Origin: a virus
Direction: 5' to 3' (one strand)
Virus record (IMG/VR): IMGVR_UViG_3300027777_000023
Coordinates: 1 to 64,000 of that record
Length of the DNA: 64,000 nt
Made by a program: the position numbers and the translations under genes. Positions within the stretch are counted from its first letter, which is position 1. The number at the start of each line of letters is the position of its first letter. The notes below the pieces were generated by a model, which worked only from the letters and a program-made list of their open reading frames with translations, ran no database searches and was not told the origin of the DNA. Shown here in pieces: positions 10,481 to 22,600 of the stretch.

Positions 10481-12751
10481 ATGAGCTTAACTCCTTGGGT
10501 ACCTACGGTAAGAAGAATTAGAGACGGTGAGTTGGTGGATCAGGCTACGGTAAACGTACCCATTGACCAGATGACTCAGCGTGAACAGCACTTGTATGAA
10601 AAATTTGAAGAGCTCTCCGGTAAGTCAGTATTGATCAGCTTTGGTCAGCCTATCCACCCAACAGAGCCTGCATGGGGCACCGGAGAGCTTAATATAGTTT
10701 ATTTTAAGAGCGATAGTCATGGTGACGGCTTGTCTCGCAGCGTCACAGGATTTTCTTCTAATTCGACCTCATCAATGTTTCAACCTAAGAACTCAAACTA
10801 CGCGTTTGGGTTGGTTAAAACAAACTACCCACAAAGTAAAACGGCAGATTTGTACACTGAAGGTTTATGTGAGTTGTCGGTGGACATTAATCACCCTACA
10901 CTTGGGTTGATTCCTCCAAAGGCAAATGGCGACCCCACTGATTTTGTTGTTGGACCATACTTTTTATCTGCAAAAGTCCCAGGGAAGATTACACAGGATC
11001 CTTCAGGCATCCCTGTCTATGTAGGCTACGCTATCAGTCCCAGACGCTTTTTATTGCACACTAACGTGGATGAGTTTTCTCAGTTTTTTATAAACTACAG
11101 ATATCACGTGCTTGATCGTGTGGCTGGTAAGCCCGTGCGCACACCGACGACCACAGAAACGTTCACAGGCTCAATCTCTGTGGCAACCGCAGCGAGTCCG
11201 GTATCGATACTGACTATAACTGCAGCAGTTCCCTCACTAAGTGTTGGATCTATTTTAAGTGGGACTAATGTGGCAGCCACGACAGCTGTAGTTTCGTTAA
11301 TAACTGGCACCTTTGGTGCAGCAGGCAGCACGTACACACTGTCACTACCAAACACAACAACAGTGACGTCGCAGTTAATCACCGCTGTAAGCCCTACAGG
11401 GATCTGGAGCATAACCGACACAAACACCGACATCTTAGGTTGGGTGCCTGTGAGTGTGTTGCCTGCGAGTATATCTCGACCTGCCGGCGCTGTTTTTTAT
11501 TATAATATACCAAAAGCTCCAACCATAGATGCAGACACAGGACTTGATTCGGCGGACTTTGAAAAAGAAGAAGCGCTGGAGTTATCCGGGTTCCTACCTC
11601 CTGTTCCAGCAAACTTCGTACAACTATACGTTGATGGTGCGCTCGTTCGCTATAAAGACTCAAAAGATCTAGGAGGTTGGTACAGTATTAATGAATACGG
11701 CTTGTGGTGGCACACTGATAAGGATGGAGAACAGCCGTGGGCTGCCGACTATCCAAGTAATCAGCAACCTTCTAGTTGGTACAGTATCATCAAACCTGGA
11801 ATTACGCGCCGGCGTGTATTTATTAGTTTTTCCAAGTTTAATCCTGCGCTACGTACGCAGTTGGTTAGCTCTTTACGCGCCTACGACAAAACAGGCAAAA
11901 ATAAATCTTCTAACTTCATTAAATTTTTAAACGCAGACAACCTTAGCGAAGAATCGCATACGGGTGATCTGATTGTGTCAATAGATCCGCAAATTAGGTT
12001 ATCCGGTGTAAGTGTAGACGACGCCGGCTTTACATATCCTGCAGGTCTTGATGTTGGTTATACGGCAAACAGAGCCGTAGCAGGCATCAAATACTCTAAA
12101 GAAGAAGGTGAATTTAAGGCAGCATTAACGCCTGTGGTAGCTAAGATAAATGGTGTCAACGGTATTGTCGCGAAAGAATCGGCAGCAGGAGTGTGGGACG
12201 TTGGTTATGGTGTAGGCAGTATTTCCGGTCAGGTCGACTCAATAGAACCTATTAACGCCAGATTAGAATTTATAGAGTTATCTTCATACATCAAACTACC
12301 TCCACCAACCACAACAAAATTTGGGTTGATAGGAAAGATAGTGCTGCCGAGTAATTACCCAAACAACAGACCGCTTAATCTGGCGTTTCATTTGTTTGGA
12401 GATGCAGACGTTGACACAGGTGATGCAGCTAACAATCGCGCAGCTTTTCTTTTCGTATATTCTAGTGTATCTGCATCGAATGTGTCGAGGGCAGCCAATT
12501 ACACAACCATCAATACTCAAACATATCCCAATACTACGAACACGGTAGAGTTTTCATTAGCTGCTGACGCGGCATATACAGCTAGAACAGCGTTAAAAAT
12601 AGCGAACGCCAATTTCAGTATACCTGCAGATTTTGTGCGCGAAGATTCTATTATTAATTTTAAAATACTGCGAGTTTCTCCGACTGCTCGGAGTTATGCC
12701 GGTAATATCGGTTTGCTCGGAGTATATTGGGAAATTCCCACAACCGCCTAA
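10481..12751 (+). CDS. Virion structural protein with an inserted Thr/Ser/Ala-rich beta module
   Basis: 756 aa within the tail operon; internal 'FTGSISV...LSVGSILSGTNV...TYTLS' segment. Confidence 0.5.
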   Translation: MSLTPWVPTVRRIRDGELVDQATVNVPIDQMTQREQHLYEKFEELSGKSVLISFGQPIHPTEPAWGTGELNIVYFKSDSHGDGLSRSVTGFSSNSTSSMFQPKNSNYAFGLVKTNYPQSKTADLYTEGLCELSVDINHPTLGLIPPKANGDPTDFVVGPYFLSAKVPGKITQDPSGIPVYVGYAISPRRFLLHTNVDEFSQFFINYRYHVLDRVAGKPVRTPTTTETFTGSISVATAASPVSILTITAAVPSLSVGSILSGTNVAATTAVVSLITGTFGAAGSTYTLSLPNTTTVTSQLITAVSPTGIWSITDTNTDILGWVPVSVLPASISRPAGAVFYYNIPKAPTIDADTGLDSADFEKEEALELSGFLPPVPANFVQLYVDGALVRYKDSKDLGGWYSINEYGLWWHTDKDGEQPWAADYPSNQQPSSWYSIIKPGITRRRVFISFSKFNPALRTQLVSSLRAYDKTGKNKSSNFIKFLNADNLSEESHTGDLIVSIDPQIRLSGVSVDDAGFTYPAGLDVGYTANRAVAGIKYSKEEGEFKAALTPVVAKINGVNGIVAKESAAGVWDVGYGVGSISGQVDSIEPINARLEFIELSSYIKLPPPTTTKFGLIGKIVLPSNYPNNRPLNLAFHLFGDADVDTGDAANNRAAFLFVYSSVSASNVSRAANYTTINTQTYPNTTNTVEFSLAADAAYTARTALKIANANFSIPADFVREDSIINFKILRVSPTARSYAGNIGLLGVYWEIPTTA

Positions 12752-12765
12752 CAAGCACATAGTAT

Positions 12766-13653
12766 ATGCCATGGATAGATAGCCTAGATTGGTCATCTTT
12801 AAACGCTTTGCGTAGATATCCCTTACGCGAAGGCGTGAGTGCGCTCAGCAACGATGAGTTATTCAGTATTCCTGATACACTGATTGTGGACTTCACGCTG
12901 TGTGCCACTAGCGATGTTTCTCGCAGATTCTATGTATCAAAAATCTTTAATAGAATAACATCTGTCACAATAGATATCAGCGATAATCAGGATGTTGTTG
13001 TGGGTAGCGTTGTGATCGACATGGATACGCATATACAGGATGCCGATTATTATCTAGCCGTCTCGGACAATTACGTTGGGGCAAACGGTAAAATCACGAT
13101 AGGTTCTCTGGACGATTTGACAACTCAGCCGGCAGGTATATTTAATTTCACGATCACTGCTGCTGAGTTTGAACCCCGAACCATAGTCCCTGGTTTGCAG
13201 GGCGTGGATAGAATAACTTTCCTCGATAGTTCTAATGGGCAGCAAAGCGTGTCCGGTGACGTCGTGCTTACATCCAGGAATAATCTACGTTTTTCTTATG
13301 CCAGCGAGCATGTGTTGCTTGATGCTGGAGATAATCTCGGATTGAACAAAGCTTGCGTTGTAACGCAATGTATTCAAAGCATCAATGGTGTTGTACCAGA
13401 CCCGCTCTCAGGTAATGTAAATTTGCTAGGCATGAACTGTCTAAGCGTCACAAGTGCGACACAATATACGTTGAACTTGACAGATACGTGTTGTACACCG
13501 TGCTCTGGTTGCAACGACCTCGAAGACTTGACAGGAAGACTCACCTCACTAGAGAATAAGTTCTTAGACCTGAAAGGTAGCTATAATAGTGTTAATACTC
13601 AGCTGACAAACTATCTGTCCACCATAAACTCCAATTGCGCCTGTCCTGCGTAG
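12766..13653 (+). CDS. Fibre-scaffold paralog 1 (Cys-rich, C-terminal coiled coil)
   Basis: 'WSSLNALRRYPL', 'SINGVVPD', 'CCTPCSGC' followed by a heptad segment. Confidence 0.5.
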   Translation: MPWIDSLDWSSLNALRRYPLREGVSALSNDELFSIPDTLIVDFTLCATSDVSRRFYVSKIFNRITSVTIDISDNQDVVVGSVVIDMDTHIQDADYYLAVSDNYVGANGKITIGSLDDLTTQPAGIFNFTITAAEFEPRTIVPGLQGVDRITFLDSSNGQQSVSGDVVLTSRNNLRFSYASEHVLLDAGDNLGLNKACVVTQCIQSINGVVPDPLSGNVNLLGMNCLSVTSATQYTLNLTDTCCTPCSGCNDLEDLTGRLTSLENKFLDLKGSYNSVNTQLTNYLSTINSNCACPA

Positions 13654-13663
13654 CTGTTAGAAT
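13635..13663 (+). promoter_or_regulatory. Sigma70-like promoter TTGCGC-N17-TAGAAT
   Basis: 17-nt spacer; the -10 box ends 8 nt before ATG 13672. Confidence 0.45.
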
Positions 13664-13671
13664 AACGTGAT

Positions 13672-16600
13672 ATGGCCTCACAGGAGTATCTAACAGCTAA
13701 CAGTTTAACATCGTACCCTTTCAAGACTCGTCGGCCTACGTCTCTTGTAGGTCACCCGATCGAGGACGACTGGTTTTATGACATTCAGTTTACGTCATTC
13801 GTCCCAGGTATACGTCAAGTTTATGTTGCTAGTATAGAAAAGACTTTATCTGGTGAATTAATAGTTTCTTTTGGTAACGCAGAAACCGACGAAATCATAC
13901 CGCAACCTGTGGAGATCGCTTCGGTAGAGTTGGTCAATCACTATAGAAATTCTGTAAAGAGCTTCGCGTCATCAACAGGCGCTAGATTCGCAGTAAAACT
14001 AATATTTGGTCCTGGGCTTTTAGAGAAGACAGCATTTAATCAGACATATACAAAAGCTGAAGCAGAGTTAACTTCTGCAGCTGTCGTACTATCAGCCCCT
14101 CGAGTCAATAGTCTATCGTTTAAAGCGTATGACGGTGGAGAGCTTCTGCATGTGGCCTCATACATGTTTCCGGAGGTTCCATATGTGCAGCCAAGGTACA
14201 ATAGCACCTTTACACTATATTCGATACACTCTGGCGACTTGTCTGTGGATGCAGATTCTGGTGCGGGGTTGTATGATGCTTGTCCTGCACCCGGAGCAAT
14301 TACTGATGTATATACCATAAACACTATAACACCAAACGATACTGGTGCGTTGTTTATAAATACATCACCGTGCTATACGCTTAATACATTAACCAGTAAC
14401 GATGAAATTTTGCTCGGCGAGTATTTGACACCGTATCGCGATTTCACAATACATACCGGACCCACAACTACAGATACGTTTGATGCTGTAGACGCAGAGC
14501 ATTCACTAGTACTACAAAATTTTTGTAAGCCCAAATGTCCTCCAGAAAATTTGGCTGCCTTTGCGTATTATTTAAATCGTGTTACTGACGGCGCCGCGGA
14601 ATTAACCAAGATAGCCACAAGTAATGTAGAGACACGAGGACGGGGTAGAAGCAATGTTCAAATATTTACCGCTGACGCTTTTTGTGTTAACGGTGATGAT
14701 ACGTTTGTTAGATGCTCTGATCCAGCAATCACTGAGAGCTATATTTCGTGTGGTGCAAAATTCATAAAATATTTTCACGAGGCCCGCACACTCCAAATTT
14801 CTTACGACAACGTTACCGTCAGAAATTACACTATTGTTGAGGTCTTGGACGACAATTCGGTAAGGTTATCATCTTCACCAACACAATCAGGGAATGCATT
14901 ATCTTTTAGGGTCATAGATAACGGTGTGATCAGCAACATGAATTGTGCTGCCGCTGGATATAACAGTGACGCACAGACGTATCTGCAGCCGTATTTTAAG
15001 GTAAAGCACACAACCTCAGAAGCGTTCAACTCTGCGGGGGAATATGTCACATATCTAGCAGTTTCTGTGGTATTATTCAATCCCAGTAAGCAGACAGCAC
15101 AGCTACAAGTCTTCACAGACTCAGGCGTATCTCCGTTAACTAGACAGGGAAATTTTAAAATACGTACCTCACAGACGGTAACAAGTTCAACGTCAGGAAT
15201 TGTTTCAATCGGTTGTAGGGATTATGCTTTTGTTGAGGTTGTTTACTACATACCGTGCGGTGTATCAGGAGGGTCACTGGCTGTTAATGTTTTTGATATA
15301 ACTTCATCAACACATACGCAGGTAGGATCGTCGTACAGTTTAAATAATATAGCTGGTGCACCGTGTCTAGGTACAACTCTAGGAGAAACAACTCTACTAA
15401 GAGTAACCCAACCTAACAGTGGTAGTTTTAGTGCTGAAGTAAATTTGGCTGCTGGAGTTAACTCTGTGACATTCTACGGCGATACCGTGGACTGGTTAGA
15501 ATTTACACCAAATTACACTGAGGGCAAAATAAGAATAACTGCTAAACATGCTAGTTCGATAGCAAGCAGTAAGCGTTACAGTGTCATATATAGAAGTTTT
15601 GGTGGAGATGTCTCTGGAGTCGTTTCAAACATCGTAATAGATTATGTCGCTCTTCCGGAGATATTGTCCCCGATAGCAGCAACCTTTTCATCGCAATCTC
15701 CTCTACGGTTGAGTAGGAAATTAAACTACACTGACACATCACCCATTTTGCAGATTTCTGCCGATAACATGTTATCGTTATCTAGCGACTTTCCGTCAGA
15801 TGTTTTTGAGTATACCTCATCCTCTTTACCTGACGGATTAGTATTAGACGCTACAACTGGAAAGCTTACAGGGCAGCTCACAGACCCGGAAATTCTTGGA
15901 GGACATAATTTTACTCTTACGGTCTCAGCGTCTAACCCTGCTGGTGCAGCGGTAAATCCTCAATTGATATATTTTTTGGTGGTTGCGGATGACCGTCCGT
16001 CGTTGTCTTTTGCAAATCCGCCGGAGAACAATGTTTTCGCTCTCGATAACATTACAATCTATGGTGATGTTATACAACCTTTCACACTGACTACGACGGG
16101 TGGACCAATAACACACTTCTCACTTTATGGAGATATTCCGGCGGGGCTAACATTCAATACATCTACAGGCAGAATTTTAGGGAAAATACTAGCAACTTCT
16201 TCTGGAAGCAGAGATCTTCAGATCACGGCATCTAACGTATACGGGACCTCAAATAGTCTAAGTTTTACGCTAGACTATACAATTTATAAATCTCCAGAAA
16301 TTGTCTCACCGACTTCACACACCTCACTGGTATTGTCGGCTGTCGATGAATCTACCACTGTAACTCCAACACTTACCGTAGTTGCTACCCAGGTTTATGG
16401 TGGCACTGATAACTATGCGGTTGGTTTGGTTGACGCAGTCAGAAATCATTTCTCTAGCACGAGTCTACCTCCAGGATTTCAGATAGGATTATATACAGGT
16501 AAAATATACGGAAAACTGACACCTGGCACTATACCAACTGACTCAGTAAAAGCTAAAAACTATGCTTGTGAGGTTCTGGTGAGTAACCCTATAGGTGTGT

Positions 16601-19600
16601 CTTCCCTTTACATCAATTTTTCTTTCTTTAATGCTGGATTACGTCCTGTAATAAATAACCTAATATCAGGACAGGTTATCTCACTTTCTAGAAATCGTGT
16701 GTATAGCTCGTCTGACCCACTATACCGAGTAGCGGCCATCAATAGTCCAACGTCCTTTGATGTGGTGGGTTTGCCTGCGGGACTAGCAATCAATGCCACA
16801 GGAGCCCTTATAGGTATGGTCGACACATCCGCATACGGCGGAGATTATTCTTTAACTGTAACAGCCATAAATGCTACAGGTATCAGCGACGAGGTACATA
16901 TACAATTACGTATACCTGTAAACATTTTGAGCCCTGTGGACGGAGGTTCAATTGTTCTAACCGTCAATCAAGCTATATCAAGCAGTGTTGAAATATTGAC
17001 GTGCCAGTTCAATGATTTCACCACAGCAACTATAACCACATCCACCCTACCTGCAGGGTTGTCACTATCAGGCACTTCTATAACTGGCACACCTTCGGCG
17101 TTAGGTACGTCTTTTGTTAAACTATACGCAACCACAGAAAATTACGGTACAGCGCAAATAACTGTGCAGGTTAAGGTAGTGGACGTCAGTTATTCTATAT
17201 CGGGCAATGTATCTGTTTTGGGTGGCGCTCCAGTTGCCGGTGTGTTGATAACAGATGGCAATACGTCTGCCACCACACGAGATGATGGCTCATATACACT
17301 TAACAACTGTGTAGTGGGCAGCTACAACATCACTGCGTCTAAACCCAAGCACATACTTACTCCAAGATACAGACCGGTCACAGTAACTAGCGCAAATTTA
17401 TATAATGTTAATTTTACGATTGAAGGTCCGCTGAGAACTGTATTTGGATCTGTGTTAAACACCGACAACCTACCTGTTTTTGGTGTATTAATTTCGGAAG
17501 GATCCCATACAACCAAAACAGACAGCTTTGGGCAGTACGCGCTGAGTGTGTCTAGGGTCGGCGCAGCTCCTATAACTGCCTCTTTGCCCTATAGCATAGC
17601 AATACCAGCATCGATAGCTTTGGATGATGGTGTAGTTGATTTATTTGACCAAAACTTTGTAGTAGCCATCGCATCGCCGCCAAAGGCCCCCACCCTTAAT
17701 TCTATAACTCTTGAAGATAGGAAGTTTGTAGTCAATTTTACTCCACCCGCAGACGACGGCGGTTATGCTATCACAAACTATCTCTACAATTTAAATAATA
17801 CGGGTTATCGTTCTGCCAATCCAATAACTACCGCAAGCCCAGTGGAAATCTCTGGATTGACTCCAGGTACAACGTATACGGTATCGTTGCGTGCTTTTAG
17901 TCAGATAGGTTCAGGAGCAGACTCTAATTCTTTGACGGCTACAGCTGTAGGTGCAGCCAGTGCGCCAACTATAAACCTGATAACTTCTTCTGGTCCTACG
18001 TCGTTAAGAGTGCAGTTTACCTCACCAGCAAACGACGGGGGATATGCTGTTGTGGGTTACAGATATAGATTAGACTCTGGAGATTTTGTGGATGTGTCTG
18101 ACCTGGCCGAAAACTCTTTCACGATTTCTGGTCTGTCTGGTGGTGTGAGATACAGTGTAATTCTAGCTGCGGTAACAAGTGTAGGTATAGGTGATTCATC
18201 TGCACCGTACGCAGGTGTACCTTTGGATGTGCCACATGCCCCAACCATAGCAAGCATAACATCAGCGTCTGGCCAACTTTTTGTGAATTTGGTTCCTCCC
18301 GCCAACAATGGTGGTTCCCCAATAATTAACTATAGATATACTTTGAACGGCGGCGAAGGGTTCATAGCTACCCGAGACAATTCAAGTATAGTGAGTATAG
18401 TGGGACTTATGGATGGTGTAAGTTATAGTGTGACGGTAGCCGCCGTAAACGCGCAAGGGGCTGGTCCATTTTCTGCGTCTGTGGCTGCTGTGCCGCAACA
18501 ATCACCGTATGCCCCAATATTGACCAGTATTGACGCCGGGGATACGACACTCGTAGTCAATTTTACACCACCTGTTTTAGGTGCGTCGTCTGTGGTTAGT
18601 TATAGTTACAGCTTAGATGACGGCAGCACATACCAAGAATGTATTCCTCCAGGTACGCTTTCTCCTGTACGTATATATGGACTGACAAATGGGACCAGCT
18701 ATGCGGTAAGGCTAAGACCCACATACAGTGACCTGACCTATGGAGCAACCTCCAATACGCTCAGTTCCATACCATTCACATTTCCCAGTGCGCCGACAAT
18801 AGATTCAATTAGGCCAAACAATAATGCGCTTGTTGTAAGCTACACTGCCGGCGATATTATTGGTGGGTTACCATTGACTAATTATCAATATAGTTTAGAC
18901 GCTGGCACTACGTGGATTTCCCGCTCACCTGCATCCACTCTGTCGCCGCTAACAATCTCAAATCTATTAAACGGTACAAGCTACGACGTGCAATTGAGGG
19001 CGCTAAATTCCGAAGGTCGTGGCGCAGCCTCAGCGACAACTACAGCCACACCATACACGTTACCTGCGGCTCCTGTACTAAATTCTGTGCTGATTTCAAG
19101 CAACGCTTTTGTTGTGGAGGCTATCGCACCAAACAATGGTGGAGCCGCTATAACTAATTACGCTTATAGTCTGGATAATGGTTTTAATTTTATTGTTTTT
19201 GCCCCAGCTGTATCCGCTCCACCATTTACGTTACCCATAGCAGATGCTTTAGTGGGCACAGCTTGCCGTATACGATTGCGGGCTATAAATGTGTTAGGAC
19301 AGGGTCCATCGTCCAACACTCTGACAGCCACATTTATCACAGTTCCCGCAGCTCCAACTATATCCGTAATAGCTCCAGGTAATGAATTAGCTGTGGTTAA
19401 TTTTGTGCCGCGCAGTACCGGAGGCTCTACAATAACCGATTACGAATATTCGATAGACAATTCACCGTTTATTTCTGGAGACAAAACAACCAGTCCTATC
19501 ATAATAAACGATCTTGTGAACGGCAGGTTGTATAGCATACGAGTTCGCGCGACAAATATTAAAGGAGCTGGCTTTGCTTCGCAGGCTGTCAGTGTTACTC

Positions 19601-22600
19601 CACGCAAAGCTCCGGATGCGCCACATATAGCCGCAGTAACTCCAGGCGACAGCTCGCTATCAATAACATTCACAGCCCCTAATGACAACGGTTCTCCTAT
19701 AACAAAATACGCTTACAGTATTAATAATGGGGCAACCTATACAGAGTTGCCCCCAGAAAGTGTGAATTCCCCGATAGTTAGATCGTCTCTAATTAATGGT
19801 AAGAACTACACAGTGAAAGTTAAAGCTTACAATGAGGCAGGTTTCGGCACACCCTCAACTGGCTACATTGTTGCGCCCGCAGGCCCTGCCTATGCACCCA
19901 GTTTAACCACGCTAATTCCAGGTAACGGTAGTTTGACACTAGCATTTAATGCTCCGACTAACAACGGCGGATCAGCTGTAGTGGGTTACCAGTATAGTTT
20001 GAATGGGGACCCTTTCATAGCCTCGGCACGTTTGGCAAATTCTATAACTATACCTGGCCTGGTTAATGGCCGGAGTTACAGTGTAACCCTTCGCGCTATT
20101 ACATCCTATGGCCCTGGCGCGACCTCCTTGGCACTCTCAGCTATACCTAGAACCACGCCAGACGCCCCAGTCATTACCGAATTGCTTGATTTTAGTCGTG
20201 GACTTGGGAGCACAGAATATAACATACCTGTGGGTAGTAAAGCTTTTGTAATTAAGTTCACTGCTCCGGCTGACGGAGGTTCACCCATAACAAACTATAA
20301 ATACACTCTTGATGCTGCAGCCACTGAGTTTAACCCTGCCAAGACCACAGACGCCCCGTTCGTTATACTTGACAGCAGTATAGCGGAAGGATTCCCGTAC
20401 AGCGTCACTATTTTCGCCAGGAACAGTCTTGGGTATGGTCCCGTTTCAAACACAGTCACATACACACCAGGCACACCTTCAGCACCAGCAATAACTTCTA
20501 TAGTTGCCGAAAATAATCAATTAAAGATATACTTTACACCACCAGTGTCAGACGGCGGCTCCTCAATACTCACCTATTCCTATAAGCTGACTCCTGAGCA
20601 GTATCCTCAGCGAATATATCCATTTAATACAACTAGTCCGATCACACTAAACATAGGGGACGCATTTTTCTTTTTAGGTACAACCTTCAATATCAGTATA
20701 GCTGCCACTAATAATTTGGGTTTTGGCAAATTTTCTAATGTAGTAGCTGCTACAGCGGGCCTACCCGGAGCTGTGCGTATTGATAATGTTGACGCCTTAA
20801 CAGATGGCCTTAAAATATACTTTACTCCTCCAGCAGATAATGGGAATGCTGCTGTCATAAATCATGAGTACAGTATTAACTCGTCCAGCTATATCTTGCT
20901 AGACCCACCGCAGGCAGCTATCCCTGGAGTATTTACAATAACCGGCTTAGTCAAAAATACTGTGTACAGTATATCTCTCAGGGCACGTAACAGTGTAGGT
21001 GTGGGCAAGGAAACCACCATCACAGCCACTCCAGGGGCCGCCTCACCACCAACACTAACTTACGTTACAGCCGCAGGTTCAGGCAAATTGATAATTAATT
21101 TTATTCCTCCAATCACCGACGGTGGAAGCAAAATTGTGAACTACCAATATAGTTTGGATGGTGGTGCCTATGTATCCGTGTCTCCTCCGGATGTGACAAA
21201 CTATATCACAATCACTGGACTCACGAACGGAACCAATTATGCTATTAGACTGCGTGCGGTGAATGAGTATGGTGGTTTTGGTATCGCGTCTACGCCCATC
21301 GCAGGTATTCCGATTGCGTCACCATCCAGTCCAATAATAGCCTCCGTAGAGTCGATAACCGCTTTCAGTATAGCTATTAATTTTACACCACCAACAGACA
21401 CCGGCGGCACAGCGATAACTAATTACGAGTATTCGCTGGATGGCGGCAACACATTCACATCCTATGAATCGATTACGAGTCCTATAGTTGTGACAGGTCT
21501 TGATATTTGCTCAGAAATTGATGTAGTGCTCCAGGCCACAAATATTGTAGGTACAGGACCAAACTCCAATACAGTGCATGTGTTCGCTGGCAGATTCCTT
21601 GCACCCAGATTGCTTGACATATATACAATATACGAGCCAACTGGGGCAGGCGTCCCAGACTCAATATTTATCTGGGAAAACCCACCATATAATGGGTTGG
21701 ATGTAACACTTGATCGTAATCAGCTAGACTACTCGATAGATGGTGGTGTTAATTGGTTAGCCTACGGTAATTATTATGGCGGCACACTTATCCAAAATTC
21801 CAACTTTCAACCCGCCCCCGAAGGAAGCGATGTTTTAATCCGTTTGAGCTACTCCAACTATCCTGTTGGCTTGTGCCCGGGATTACCATCAATTTCAGGC
21901 GTTTATTACAAAATCGGAACACCAAATTCTCCCACCATCAACAGTGTGGTAGTGTCGAACGAAGCACTCACCGTTAATTTCTCATTTAATTTAAAATATT
22001 CTTGGGAGGAGCCGACACCTGTCACAGATGTAGCCTACTCTTTAAATGGTGTGGATTACGTATCCTCAGGCACAGTCACCGGCCCGATAACAATTTCTGG
22101 ACTAACTAACCTAGTAACATATAATATCACACTTCGCGGAGTGAATGCTCAGGGCGTAGGCCGACCTTCACAAACAACCTCAGCAATTTTATTGCCTGCC
22201 CCCACCGTAGTCAGTGTGACATCCCCATCAGTCTCAAGCCTAATCGTCAACTTTACTGCTCCTATAGATCCTAATGGTGTAATAACAAATTACGAATATT
22301 CGACAGACGGAGGATCGACATGGGTGTTAGCCGGGAAAATCACAAGTCCTATAACTATAACTGAACTGACACTAGGCACTTCATATGATGTATGTCTTCG
22401 TGCACTGGCCTTGCACGGTACAAGCCTTCCATCAATCATTACTCAGGCGATCCCAGGCAGTCCCTCTGCACCAGTTCTACTATCTGTTGACAATGTCGGT
22501 GACCTAGGTTTGTTTTTAAACTTTACACCTCCAGTGAGCTTTGGACCTTTACCGCTGGCATACTATGAGTATGAGATTGAGGATCTGGGGACATACACCG

